A stretch of DNA of 45,387 nt from the NCBI GenBank assembly GCA_012510855.1, contig JAAZHE010000201.1, positions 1 to 45,387 of the forward strand, written 5' to 3'. A program made the translations under genes and the position numbers. Positions 8,548 to 18,089 of this stretch are shown here, piece by piece. The stretch is from Bacillota bacterium. Lineage in GTDB: Bacteria; Bacillota; Limnochordia; DTU087. Below the pieces are notes generated by a model, which was not told where the DNA came from, did not search any database, and saw only the letters and a program-made list of their open reading frames with translations. How positions within the stretch are numbered: the first letter of the stretch is position 1; the number at the start of each line of letters is the position of its first letter.

Positions 8548-8697
8548 CTGTTTAGAACCTCTATGTAATATGTAGCAAAGTACTGCAACAGGCAGCACCA
8601 GCTGGGGGTGGATAGAGAGAGTCTCAGGAAAGTCCTGTCCCTATAGGCTAACCAGACTTTGGCTTAGGCTCCCACACAAAATTATGCGCATAGGCCC

Positions 8698-8726
8698 TTG
8701 ACACTAACTCCCCAGGGCAGTATACT
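8698..8726 (+). promoter_or_regulatory. sigma-70/sigma-A type promoter of the amino-acid ABC operon
   Basis: TTGACA (8698-8703), an exactly 17-nt spacer, then TATACT (8721-8726). It lies about 60 nt upstream of the ATG at 8785. Confidence 0.55.
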
Positions 8727-8784
8727 TATGCATAGTTATTGTGATATTATACGGACATGAATCTTGCGAGGGGAGTTGTGACCT

Positions 8785-9519
8785 ATGAAGAAAATGTGGT
8801 TTAGTCTCTTGTGCAAGGCCCTTGTTCTAGTCTTGGGAGCGACTGCCGCTATGGCTAAGCCGGTGCTCAAGGTGGGCACCAGTGCAGATTTTCCACCCTT
8901 TGAGTTTCAGGATGAAAAAACCGGCGAGTACTTAGGCTTTGACATCGACCTGATTAAGGCCATTGGTGAAGCAATAGGTATGGAAGTTGAGATCGTAAAC
9001 ACCGCCTGGGATGGTTTGATCCCTGCTCTCTTGACCGGCAACTTTGATTGCATCATCTCGGCTATGACTATCACCGAGGACCGTCTCAAGGCAGTGGATT
9101 TCTCTGACCCGTACTTCTCCGCAAGTCAGGTGATTGTCACCAAACTTGAGGATACCTCCATCAAGACCGTTGAAGATCTAGTCGGCAAGCAGGTTTCTGT
9201 CCAGATCGGCACTACCGGTGACCTGACGGTATCAGAAATCGATGGTATCATAGTCAAACGGTTCAACCTGGCTCCTGATGCCATTCAAGAAGTCCGGAAC
9301 GGCGGTGTTGCAGCTTGTGTCATCGACCTGGCAGTAGCCGAGGAGATTTCCCAACAGTACAAAGACATCAAGTACGGTGAACCCATTACCACTGAGGAAT
9401 ACGGTATTGCGATCCGCAAAGGCAACACCCAGCTGCTTGAGAAAATCAATGAAGGTATAGCTCAAGTCAAGGCTTCCGGCAAGTACGATGAGATCTACGC
9501 CAAGTGGCTTAAAGATTAA
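8785..9519 (+). CDS. polar amino-acid ABC transporter substrate-binding protein (family 3)
   Basis: A signal peptide ends in AMA-KP with no lipobox Cys. Motifs FPPFEF, GFDIDLIKAIGE, WDGLIPALLTGNFDCIISAMTIT. Confidence 0.85.
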   Translation: MKKMWFSLLCKALVLVLGATAAMAKPVLKVGTSADFPPFEFQDEKTGEYLGFDIDLIKAIGEAIGMEVEIVNTAWDGLIPALLTGNFDCIISAMTITEDRLKAVDFSDPYFSASQVIVTKLEDTSIKTVEDLVGKQVSVQIGTTGDLTVSEIDGIIVKRFNLAPDAIQEVRNGGVAACVIDLAVAEEISQQYKDIKYGEPITTEEYGIAIRKGNTQLLEKINEGIAQVKASGKYDEIYAKWLKD

Positions 9520-9557
9520 CTTGAGCATAGTCTTTTGAACTTAATTCAGTGAAGTTA

Positions 9558-9592
9558 ACCGGTCACGGTGTTTTCAAGCCGCCGTGACCGGT
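9558..9592 (+). promoter_or_regulatory. intercistronic hairpin between the binding-protein and permease genes
   Basis: ACCGGTCACGG (9558-9568) pairs with CCGTGACCGGT (9582-9592) to give an 11-bp perfect stem. No clear U-tract follows. This is the usual position for differential stabilisation of binding-protein mRNA. Confidence 0.5.
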
Positions 9593-9625
9593 CTTCATGC
9601 AACGCAACATTTTGGAGGAATCAAA

Positions 9626-10285
9626 TTGGTACTTGACTTTTCCATCATTCCAAGCATACTGCCTGCCCTGCTCTTGGGTGCCCGGCTGACAGTGGGGCTG
9701 TCCTTCATTGCAGTAGTGATCGGCTTTGCCATCGGCTCTTTTGTCGGTGTCGGCCGTGTGGGAGGCAACGGGTTAATCCGCACCATTACCGGCATCTATG
9801 TTGACTTTATCCGAGGCACACCTCTTCTTGTGCAGCTTTTTCTTGTCTACTTCGGCTTGCCTTCCCTTATTGGCCGACCGGTGCCGCCCTTAACAGCTGC
9901 CATCGTCGCCATGGGCATCAACAGCGGCGCCTATGTAGCGGAGATCGTCAGGGCAGGCATTCAATCCATAGATAAAGGCCAGATGGAAGCCGCTCAATCC
10001 CTAGGACTCACCTATTCTCAGGCCATGCGGTATATCATCTTCCCTCAGGCCTTTCGCAGGATCATTCCGCCCTTGGGCAATGAGTTCATCGCTCTCTTGA
10101 AGGACTCTTCCCTGGTATCAGTGATAGCTCTAGAGGACCTTCTCCGGAAAGGGCAGGTAGTAATTACCAGAACCTTTCGACCCTTCGAGGTCTACATGGT
10201 GGTAGCCCTGATCTATCTAGTTATGACTTTAGCAATTTCCAGGCTGGTGGCCTGGTCGGAAAAGAGGTTGAAGGTAGTTGATTAA
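9626..10285 (+). CDS. amino-acid ABC transporter permease (His/Glu/Gln/Arg/opine family)
   Basis: The EAA loop reads [36 protein letters not shown]. The TTG at 9626 has GGAGGA 6 nt upstream. The GTG at 9584 in the ORF track lies inside the hairpin. Confidence 0.85.
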   Translation: MVLDFSIIPSILPALLLGARLTVGLSFIAVVIGFAIGSFVGVGRVGGNGLIRTITGIYVDFIRGTPLLVQLFLVYFGLPSLIGRPVPPLTAAIVAMGINSGAYVAEIVRAGIQSIDKGQMEAAQSLGLTYSQAMRYIIFPQAFRRIIPPLGNEFIALLKDSSLVSVIALEDLLRKGQVVITRTFRPFEVYMVVALIYLVMTLAISRLVAWSEKRLKVVD

Positions 10286-11000
10286 GACTGCAGGACTAGA
10301 GAAATCCTTCGGCAACAACCACGTGCTGCGGGGCATCGATATAGTTGTTGAACCCCATGAGGTAGTTGTAGTGATCGGCCCCTCCGGATCCGGGAAAAGT
10401 ACATTCCTGCGGTGCCTCAACCTTTTGGAGAAGCCGACTGCCGGCAAGGTGTTTTTTAGCGGCCAGTGCATCACGGATCCTAATGTCAATGTGAACGAGG
10501 TACGACGGGAAATGGGGATGGTCTTTCAACGGTTCAACCTTTTCCCCCACATGACGGTGCTGGAGAACATCACTCTGGCACCCATCAAGGTGCGGGGCGA
10601 ATCCCCAGAAGATGCAAAGCAAACCGCAAGAGATCTGCTGGAGAAAGTCGGCCTAGCCGATAAGGAAAATGCTTATCCAGATGAGCTGTCCGGCGGACAG
10701 CAGCAGCGGGTAGCCATCGACAGAGCTTTAGCCATGAAGCCGATGGCCATGCTATTCGATGAACCAACATCGGCCTTGGACCCTGAGATGATCGGCGAAG
10801 TCTTAGATGTTATGAAGACACTTGCCAAAGAAGGCATGACCATGGTGGTCGTCACCCACGAGATGGGTTTTGCGAGGGAAGTCGGCGACAGGATCGTTTT
10901 CATGGACGAAGGTGTAATCATAGAAGAAGGACCTCCGGAACAGGTCCTAGTAAACCCGCAGAACCCAAGAACACGGGCCTTCTTGAGCAAAGTGCTATAA
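10278..11000 (+). CDS. amino-acid ABC transporter ATP-binding protein
   Basis: Walker [10 protein letters not shown], signature [11 protein letters not shown], and Walker [12 protein letters not shown]. The start overlaps the permease stop. Confidence 0.9.
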   Translation: MIKTAGLEKSFGNNHVLRGIDIVVEPHEVVVVIGPSGSGKSTFLRCLNLLEKPTAGKVFFSGQCITDPNVNVNEVRREMGMVFQRFNLFPHMTVLENITLAPIKVRGESPEDAKQTARDLLEKVGLADKENAYPDELSGGQQQRVAIDRALAMKPMAMLFDEPTSALDPEMIGEVLDVMKTLAKEGMTMVVVTHEMGFAREVGDRIVFMDEGVIIEEGPPEQVLVNPQNPRTRAFLSKVL

Positions 11001-11129
11001 AGGAACCAAGGGGCGTTCGGCGGTTAGGACTTCTAAACAACAATATAATGGGCCAGCGACAGTAATGCTGTGATGTATACCAGCGCAACCGATATTGGAA
11101 CCCGCTGCTCTAGGAAAGGAGGCTCTCCC

Positions 11130-12053
11130 ATGGTGACGCCAAAGGATTCTCTCATCCCCGGTTACCTAGAGCTGCACCAGCAAGGTGAGCTAAGGAAGCG
11201 GGCCGAGGAGGCTGTTCGCAGGCTGGCGGACTGCGCAATCTGCGCCCAGATATGCAAAGTCAACCGCTTGGAAGGCGAATTGGGAGTCTGTCGGACAGGC
11301 AGACTTGCCGTAGTCGCAAGCTACGGACCCCACTACGGAGAAGAAGATGTCTTGGTAGGAACTGGCGGCTCCGGCACAGTCTTCTTCAGCAACTGCAACC
11401 TGGCCTGTGTGTTCTGCCAGAATTATGATATCAGTGCCTATGGCTCCGGATACGAAGTCACGAGCCAAGAACTAGCCGACATGATGCTGCAGCTCCAGGC
11501 AAAGGGGTGCCATAATATCAATCTTGTTTCACCAAGTCACGTGGTACCCCAGATCCTGGAGGCACTGGTCATAGCAGCAGATCAGGGGCTGAGACTACCC
11601 CTGGTGTACAACACCGGTGGATATGATGCCCTACCCACCCTAAAGCTCCTTGACGGGATAGTGGATATCTACATGCCTGACTTGAAATTTGGCAGTGATG
11701 AAACAGGCCAGCGCTTTAGCAACGCCCCGGGGTATTCCACTGCAGCCCAGGCCGCAATCAAGGAAATGCATCGGCAGGTGGGAAACCTGGTCACTGACCA
11801 AAGGGGCATCGCCCAGCGAGGACTTATCCTGCGCCACCTCGTCATGCCCGGCCGCCTCGCTGATACCCGCGGGATTATGGAGTTTATCAGCCGAGAGATC
11901 TCACCTGATACTTATGTCAACGTGATGGGACAGTACAGGCCGGCGTATTTGGCACACCAGTTCCCCGAACTCAGCCGTCCCTTGAGGCTATCGGAGTATC
12001 TAGAAGCCGTGAACATCGCGCGGGATGCCGGCCTGCACCGTCTAGCAGATTAA
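11130..12053 (+). CDS. radical SAM protein, PflX-like (pyruvate formate-lyase activase-related)
   Basis: The CX3CX2C motif is CNLACVFCQN. There is also an N-terminal Cys cluster, CAICAQICKVNRLEGELGVCR. AAGGAGG lies 7 nt upstream of the ATG at 11130. Confidence 0.75.
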   Translation: MVTPKDSLIPGYLELHQQGELRKRAEEAVRRLADCAICAQICKVNRLEGELGVCRTGRLAVVASYGPHYGEEDVLVGTGGSGTVFFSNCNLACVFCQNYDISAYGSGYEVTSQELADMMLQLQAKGCHNINLVSPSHVVPQILEALVIAADQGLRLPLVYNTGGYDALPTLKLLDGIVDIYMPDLKFGSDETGQRFSNAPGYSTAAQAAIKEMHRQVGNLVTDQRGIAQRGLILRHLVMPGRLADTRGIMEFISREISPDTYVNVMGQYRPAYLAHQFPELSRPLRLSEYLEAVNIARDAGLHRLAD

Positions 12054-12091
12054 GGACATCGAACAGCATCGATAGCTGACTTTATCCCACT

Positions 12092-12910
12092 CTAACGATC
12101 CAGATATTGCTCCATCACCTTGACATAGTGGGGAAAAGCAACCTCAGCGTCCTCAATTTCGGGATGCCAAGCTTTCTCCCATTCAAGCGACAGATATCCT
12201 TGGTATCCCAATCTCCTAAGAAGCTCAACAGCTTCACCGATAGGCAGAGCACCTTCGCCGACTAAGGTTAAGTCAAATCCATCCTCAGAGAAGTTGGCCG
12301 AATCCTTGACGTGGACATGTCCTATCCGCGATCCTAAGGTCTTGACGGTTTCGGCAAAGGTCTCCCCATGCCTATAGGGATGCAAGAGGTCCCATAAGAA
12401 GCCCAGGTTTTCGATGTTTGCATCCCCCAAGAGTTCGCAGATTTGTCTGCTGGTACTAAAGCTATCATGGGTTTCCAAGAGCACTCGCACTCCCCGGCTT
12501 TCCCCGACCTGAGCCGCATAAGCCAGGCCTTCTCTGATTCTCTTGAATGTCTCTTCCCTATCCTGGTCTTCGGGTATAGGACCGCCGAAGACCCTAATAA
12601 ACCTTGCTCCGAGACCTGCGGCAATATCAACATTGAGCTTCGTTAAGTCCTGTTGCTTTCGAAACTCCTCCGGATCTAATGATGTAAACCTCACTCCTGT
12701 GGAAATACACACAACTTCCAAGCCGTGTTTGTTGAACTTTTCTCGGGTGTGTCCTATCTCTCTTGGAGAAAACTCATCTAGGGTATGTAAAGCACTTTCG
12801 CCTCTTATCATGCGGATTTCTACGCCGTCATATCCGCATTGCCTGGCAATCTGTATGACTTGATCTAGATCATACTCTGGACAGCCTAAGGTGCTAAAGG
12901 ACAATCTCAT
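12092..12910 (-). CDS. sugar phosphate isomerase/epimerase (xylose-isomerase-like TIM barrel) family protein
   Basis: MRLSFSTLGCPEYDL..., GYDGVEIR, LLETHDSFS, HVHVKDS, LSLEWE. A GAGGGAGG SD is present. Confidence 0.8.
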   Translation of the reverse strand: MRLSFSTLGCPEYDLDQVIQIARQCGYDGVEIRMIRGESALHTLDEFSPREIGHTREKFNKHGLEVVCISTGVRFTSLDPEEFRKQQDLTKLNVDIAAGLGARFIRVFGGPIPEDQDREETFKRIREGLAYAAQVGESRGVRVLLETHDSFSTSRQICELLGDANIENLGFLWDLLHPYRHGETFAETVKTLGSRIGHVHVKDSANFSEDGFDLTLVGEGALPIGEAVELLRRLGYQGYLSLEWEKAWHPEIEDAEVAFPHYVKVMEQYLDR

Positions 12911-13488
12911 CGGACGACCTCCCTCTTTCTTGGCAGCTCTTCACCGTCTCTCATTGGGCGTGTAGTTTAGTGTTGTAGCTGTGCGGCGCATCCCTAAAGA
13001 TAACATGGACATAAACGACGAAAAACAACTAATCGGTCTATCTATACGCTGAACTGCAGGTGGGCTCCTCCCTCTTTTCTCATAATCTTCTGTTCTTCTG
13101 CAATCTGCTGCTACACTGACAGGAGGTTACCCCTCCATCTCGCTTTAGAAGCTGTTTGATAATCATCGTACTCTCCAACAGTCTTGTTTGCTGTAACGAA
13201 AGCAGTAGGGGTTTCCCATCTTTGTGTAACATATAGGGAAATCCTATCCAAATACTATAATTACATCGTTTATTTGCCTGCTATTTCTCTTGTTGCAGGA
13301 AAACTGTATTCAATAGAGAATTATAGGATCGAATTGCTCAACCATGTGAATTGAATCAACCTCTTTGTTTCCGCTGTCCCTGTCTCATATGTACCTCTAG
13401 CAAAATGCAGCAGGAGGTGAGCGCAGAGGGAGAACTTGCCGGCTTAAAGACAGTGTCAATCATTTCTTAAGAAGAAGGAGGTTTCTTC

Positions 13489-14826
13489 ATGTTGAGAAAA
13501 CTGGTACCGCTGGTTGTTATTGCAATGCTGGTGGCAGCTCCGGCCCTGGCAGCTCCTGCATCGGAGGCAGAAATCGATTGGCGGCAGGCCGAGGGTGCCT
13601 CCATCATCGTTGCCATGAACCTGCACATGGAAACCGATGAGCTGGACGCTCAGCTGGCCGAGTTCGAAGAGCTCACCGGCATTCGAGTCAACTTCCAGAT
13701 CTATCCGGAGATTGAACTGCATCAGAAGACTCTCGTCGATTTGGCCTCTGGGGCGGGAATTTTCGATGTGATCATGATGGATTTCATGTTCACACCCCAG
13801 TACGCTGCAGCTAAATTCATCGAGCCCCTGACCCCCTACCTCAGCGACCCGAGTCTAACCGATGCTGAATGGTTCAACTCAGCTGACTTTATGCCGGCTC
13901 TCTGGGATGCTGTTTCCTATGAAGGCGAAGTGTACGCCCTGCCCTTCACCGTAGAGACGACTACTCTTTTCTATCGACCCGATATATTTGCTGACCTAGG
14001 ATTGGCAGTGCCCAACAACTACGATGAACTCTGGGAAGCTGCCAAAGCTATCCGTACCAATAAATCCATGGACGCCATTGGGTTGAGGGGCATGCGTGGT
14101 CAGGGCATGAACGTCTACGTATTTGCTGGGTTCATGAGGGGATTTGGCGGTAAGTTTGTTGCCGACTTCCCACGGGATATGACTCCGGTTATTAACAGCC
14201 CTGAAAACATCGCCGCGGCCGACTATTATGCCCGTATACTGCAAGAGTTCGGGCCTAGAGGTGTAGCCAGCTGGGACTGGCTGGAGGTCTTGTCTGCACT
14301 CCAAGAAGGCACCATCGCCATGGCCATCGATGCTTCCAACTTTGGTCCAGTCATTGACGACTACGCCACCTCCAGAACTGCAGGAAAATGGGGTTATGCA
14401 CTGGTGCCGGAAGGCCCAGGAGGCCGACACCCGTCAATATACACCCACACTCTAGCCATCAACGCCGCCTCCAAAAACAAGACAGCTGCTTGGCTGTTCA
14501 TCCAGTGGGCCACCAGTGAAGATGTGCAGATTCAGCGGGCGCTAAGATCCGGCCAGCCTACCCGCCAGTCCATCTGGGACAGTGCTGCCTTCCGGGAGGC
14601 CATGCACCATGTGGGCAACGGCCAGTGGATCGATGCCTCGATCAGGTCACTTGACATAGTGAATCCCGATTACCGTCCCCGATTTGAGCACTGGCGGCAG
14701 TTTGGCGACCAGGTGGGCATCGCCCTCCAGTCTGTCATTGCAAGGGAGCAATCGGCAGAGAGTGCATTCAATGCCGCCCAGAAGGCTATTGAAGAGTTGA
14801 TGAGAGAAGCCGGATATATCAAGTAG
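13489..14826 (+). CDS. carbohydrate ABC transporter substrate-binding protein (family 1)
   Basis: A 445-aa ORF. The signal peptide ends ALA-AP with no lipobox. AAGGAGG lies upstream. Two MalF/MalG-type permease genes follow. Confidence 0.85.
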   Translation: MLRKLVPLVVIAMLVAAPALAAPASEAEIDWRQAEGASIIVAMNLHMETDELDAQLAEFEELTGIRVNFQIYPEIELHQKTLVDLASGAGIFDVIMMDFMFTPQYAAAKFIEPLTPYLSDPSLTDAEWFNSADFMPALWDAVSYEGEVYALPFTVETTTLFYRPDIFADLGLAVPNNYDELWEAAKAIRTNKSMDAIGLRGMRGQGMNVYVFAGFMRGFGGKFVADFPRDMTPVINSPENIAAADYYARILQEFGPRGVASWDWLEVLSALQEGTIAMAIDASNFGPVIDDYATSRTAGKWGYALVPEGPGGRHPSIYTHTLAINAASKNKTAAWLFIQWATSEDVQIQRALRSGQPTRQSIWDSAAFREAMHHVGNGQWIDASIRSLDIVNPDYRPRFEHWRQFGDQVGIALQSVIAREQSAESAFNAAQKAIEELMREAGYIK

Positions 14827-14845
14827 TCTAGGATTGAGCTGCAAC

Positions 14846-14876
14846 GGGTGGGGGGACGCCATGGATCCCCCTACCC
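14846..14876 (+). promoter_or_regulatory. intercistronic hairpin after the sugar-binding-protein gene
   Basis: GGGTGGGGGG (14846-14855) pairs with CCCCCTACCC (14867-14876) to give a 10-bp stem with one G-U pair. It lies 20 nt after the TAG stop. Confidence 0.45.
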
Positions 14877-14909
14877 CACGCGACCAACTCAATTAGGGGA
14901 AGTGATCAT

Positions 14910-15857
14910 GTGACCAGCCGAGCAAAAGCCAGATCGTCAGCTGCAGTCCGTCCCCATCCTACCCAGCCGCTGAAGCCGGGAGGCGTCTTGGAAAGGCATT
15001 TCCACATCTGGTTTATCTCGCCGGTAGTGATCTTCTTGTTGGTTTTGACTTTGCTCCCTACTATTTACTTATTCTATCTCAGCCTCTGCCGTTGGGATGT
15101 AATAACCGGTACTCCAACCTTCAACGGTTTGATGAACTATATAAATCTCTTTCGGGACCAAGTGTTCTGGGCAAGTTTACGGCGAACTCTGATCTTCGTA
15201 GCTGCCAGTGTCTCTAGCCAGCTGATCCTCGGTTTCGCCATGGCACTGTTGATCAATCGGCCTCACATCAGGGGCATCGGCATAGTGCGAACACTGATTA
15301 TCCTGCCCATGTCCATAACCCCCATCGTCGTAGGTCTGATGTGGCGCATACTGTACAATCCTTCCTTTGGATTGATCAACTCCCTCTTAGACTTCTTCGG
15401 CATTGTAGGTCCCGAGTGGCTTGGGTCTAAAGACACGGCGCTCCTTTCGGTGATTATCGTGGATATTTGGCAGTGGACCCCATTTATGTTTCTCATGATG
15501 ACAGCAGGTCTTCAATCACTGCCTACCGAACCCTTTGAGGCAGCCTTAGTCGATGGGGCTTCAGGTTTTCAGATCCTACGCCTTATTACACTGCCTTTGA
15601 TGAAGCCCATCATATTGGTCGCTGTTCTTTTCAGGATCATCGATGGTTTTAAGGTGTCTACCTTTGACAGTATATTTATTATGACCAAGGGAGGTCCAGG
15701 TAGCATCACACAAACCCTCAACATCTACGCATTTTTAAGCGGCTTTGAATGGTTCAATTTGGGCTACGCATCGGCGATGGTGGTCTTTACCTTGATACTG
15801 CTCACTATCATTGGCCGATTATTCTTGCGCATGGGTGTCTTCAGGGAGGAAATCTAA
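14910..15857 (+). CDS. carbohydrate ABC transporter permease (MalF/UgpA-like)
   Basis: A polytopic protein with the EAA loop PFEAALVDGASGFQILRLITLPLMKP. The exact start is uncertain; I use the GTG at 14910. Confidence 0.8.
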   Translation: MTSRAKARSSAAVRPHPTQPLKPGGVLERHFHIWFISPVVIFLLVLTLLPTIYLFYLSLCRWDVITGTPTFNGLMNYINLFRDQVFWASLRRTLIFVAASVSSQLILGFAMALLINRPHIRGIGIVRTLIILPMSITPIVVGLMWRILYNPSFGLINSLLDFFGIVGPEWLGSKDTALLSVIIVDIWQWTPFMFLMMTAGLQSLPTEPFEAALVDGASGFQILRLITLPLMKPIILVAVLFRIIDGFKVSTFDSIFIMTKGGPGSITQTLNIYAFLSGFEWFNLGYASAMVVFTLILLTIIGRLFLRMGVFREEI

Positions 15858-15859
15858 AA

Positions 15860-16729
15860 ATGGGAATCATAGGCTACCGACAAAGGAGAATCCTTGATAC
15901 TATCTTCAGCTATATTGTCATCGGGCTCTTAGTCCTGTTTTTCTGTTTCCCAATCTATTGGCTGATTTCCATGTCCTTTAAGGAACCTGCAGATGTGATG
16001 TCACTCAGTATGTTTTTCCGGCCCACCCTGGACAACTACCGAGCCATCCTGTTTGGAATTTCCACCACGCCGGGTATCCCTGCGCCTCGGGAGGTGACTT
16101 TCCCAAACAACTTACTCAACAGTCTGGTGATCGGTTTGAGTGCCACGGCCTTGGCCCTATGTATCGGCACACCGGCAGCCTATGTACTGTCCCGATTCAA
16201 CTTCAAGGCGAAAAAGACTCTATCCTTTTACATCCTCTCGACTAGAATTGTCCCTCCCCTGGGAATGATCATCCCATTCTACGTGTTTTTCAGCCGGCTA
16301 CGGCTGCTGGATACCCGCATCAGCCTCATCATTATGTATTTCATCATGAATATCTCCCTGGTGGTTTGGATGATGCGGGGCTTCTTCGACGAAATTCCCG
16401 CTTCTTTAGATGAAGCAGCCCGCATTGACGGCTGTTCACGGTTAGCCGCCTTTTGGAGGATAGCTTTGCCCCTAACTGCTCCGGGGCTTGCAGCTACCGC
16501 CATTTTCTGCCTGCTCTTTTCATGGAACGATTTCGTGTTCGCCATTATCTTGGCTGGAAACAAGGCAAATACCGCCCCAGTGGCCGTCTACTCCTTTGTA
16601 ACCTTTAGGCAGGTAATCTGGGGAAGCTTAGCTGCCGCCGGTACCCTGACTGCTCTGCCGGTTCTGGTTTTCGTATTGCTGGTTCAACGGCACCTGGTGC
16701 GAGGCTTGACTCTAGGTGCAATAAAGTAA
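15860..16729 (+). CDS. carbohydrate ABC transporter permease (MalG/UgpE-like)
   Basis: The EAA loop reads LDEAARIDGCSRLAAFWRIALPLTAPG. The ATG at 15860 has GGAGGA upstream. The 37-codon extension in the ORF track overlaps the previous gene and is rejected. Confidence 0.85.
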   Translation: MGIIGYRQRRILDTIFSYIVIGLLVLFFCFPIYWLISMSFKEPADVMSLSMFFRPTLDNYRAILFGISTTPGIPAPREVTFPNNLLNSLVIGLSATALALCIGTPAAYVLSRFNFKAKKTLSFYILSTRIVPPLGMIIPFYVFFSRLRLLDTRISLIIMYFIMNISLVVWMMRGFFDEIPASLDEAARIDGCSRLAAFWRIALPLTAPGLAATAIFCLLFSWNDFVFAIILAGNKANTAPVAVYSFVTFRQVIWGSLAAAGTLTALPVLVFVLLVQRHLVRGLTLGAIK

Positions 16730-16805
16730 GGGTATATCTTTCACCCACACCAGGTTTTTGGCCGTAGACAAATAGAAACAAAAACACATATGGGAGGGTA
16801 AGAAC

Positions 16806-17582
16806 ATGGGTGAAAACAGTTTTTGTCTAAAGGGTAAGGCAGCCGCCGTCACCGGCGGGGCTCAAGGTTTAGGATTGGCTATGGCGGAGGCACTCGCCAA
16901 GGCCAGAGCAAGTGTAGCGCTGTTGGACATTAATGTAGAAAAGTGCCAGACAGAAGCAGAGAGGATCAGGTCTGAATGTGGAGTTGAGACACTGGCCTTA
17001 CGGGCAGATGTCCGGAAATTGGATGAAATGGAAGCGGCTGTTGCACAGATCGTAGAGCGCTTTGGTAAGCTGGACATCTTCGTCAACAATGCAGGGGTCT
17101 GTAAGAATATCAAGGCGGAAGAAATGACCCTGGAAGAGTGGCAGGAGGTAATTGATATCAACCTCACCGGGGTGTTTATCGGATCCCAGGTGGCTGGCAA
17201 GCAGATGATCAAGCAAGGCAGCGGTGGTTCTATTATCAACATCGCCTCGATGTCCGGCTCCATCGTCAATGTACCCCAGCCGCAGTGCTCGTATAACGCA
17301 TCTAAAGCCGGCGTCATTCACCTGACAAAATCACTGGCCAGTGAGTGGGCACAGTATAACATAAGGGTTAATTCCATAAGTCCAGGGTATATGAAGACTG
17401 CCATGACCGAAAAGACCCTGGAGACCGACATGGCCAAGGATTGGTGGCTGAGGCTCACTCCCATGGGACGACCCGGTCTTCCCCACGAACTGGGCGGTGC
17501 CGTTGTCTTCCTAGCATCTGATGCATCCTCCTTCATGACTGGAGCAGACCTAATCATCGATGGAGGCTATACTGTCTGGTAA
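16806..17582 (+). CDS. SDR-family oxidoreductase (gluconate 5-dehydrogenase-like)
   Basis: GKAAAVTGGAQGLG, NNAGV, YNASKAG. A GGGAGGG SD is present. Confidence 0.85.
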   Translation: MGENSFCLKGKAAAVTGGAQGLGLAMAEALAKARASVALLDINVEKCQTEAERIRSECGVETLALRADVRKLDEMEAAVAQIVERFGKLDIFVNNAGVCKNIKAEEMTLEEWQEVIDINLTGVFIGSQVAGKQMIKQGSGGSIINIASMSGSIVNVPQPQCSYNASKAGVIHLTKSLASEWAQYNIRVNSISPGYMKTAMTEKTLETDMAKDWWLRLTPMGRPGLPHELGGAVVFLASDASSFMTGADLIIDGGYTVW

Positions 17583-17708
17583 GCACCTCGGGGCGTGATC
17601 CCAGAAAACAACAGCTGCTGATTAAGCCTAGAAGCTGCTTTCAAAAACGCCATATCATCTGCAGCATCTTGTGGACAAGAACGCCAGCTAGATAGCGAAC
17701 AAGCAAAG

Positions 17709-17743
17709 ACAGCGCTCGGCTTCGACCCGGGCGCTGTTTTTTT
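17709..17743 (+). terminator. Rho-independent terminator (copy 1 of a repeated element)
   Basis: ACAGCGCTCGG (17709-17719) pairs with CCGGGCGCTGT (17727-17737) to give an 11-bp stem with one U-G pair and a 7-nt loop. A run of 7 T follows. Confidence 0.7.
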
Positions 17744-18089
17744 CCTAATTAACCAGCGGATCAGCACTGCCCTCAAGAGATGTAAGGGCTCTATACGCGA
17801 TGCTTCACTTTCAAAAACCGGTAGCGGTTTGATGTGGCTTACGAAAAGCATTTAGTAGAAGCGTTGAGATATGTTGAGGCAAAAAGGTATTTCTGCGATA
17901 TCGGCGAAGATTATAAAGTACTAGACACACGGACATTTGACAAAACCACCGGCAAGTAAGGCACTGATACTTTCGTACCCACGGCTCTAGGAACTATGAC
18001 AATCAAGGATTCTGCCCATCGATTAGGCGTACGGTCTTATGTTCCAATGGAGCAGATGGAGAAGAGATTAATTCAAGGAGGATGCTAAA

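Noticed and set aside
11021-11049. A TATAAT hexamer at 11044-11049 as a promoter for the radical SAM gene.
   Set aside because: No acceptable -35 lies at 16-18 nt spacing. The nearest, TTAGGA, is 14 nt away. The gene may simply be co-transcribed with the ABC operon.
17567-17851. A 94-aa minus-strand ORF, and a short plus-strand frame (about 17830-17958, ...AYEKHLVEALRYVEAKRYFCDIGEDYKVLDTRTFDKTTGK), in the gap before the GH172 gene.
   Set aside because: The minus ORF runs through the terminator hairpin and has no SD or motifs. The plus frame is under 50 codons, has no SD, and I do not recognise a family. It might be a gene remnant, but I cannot support that.
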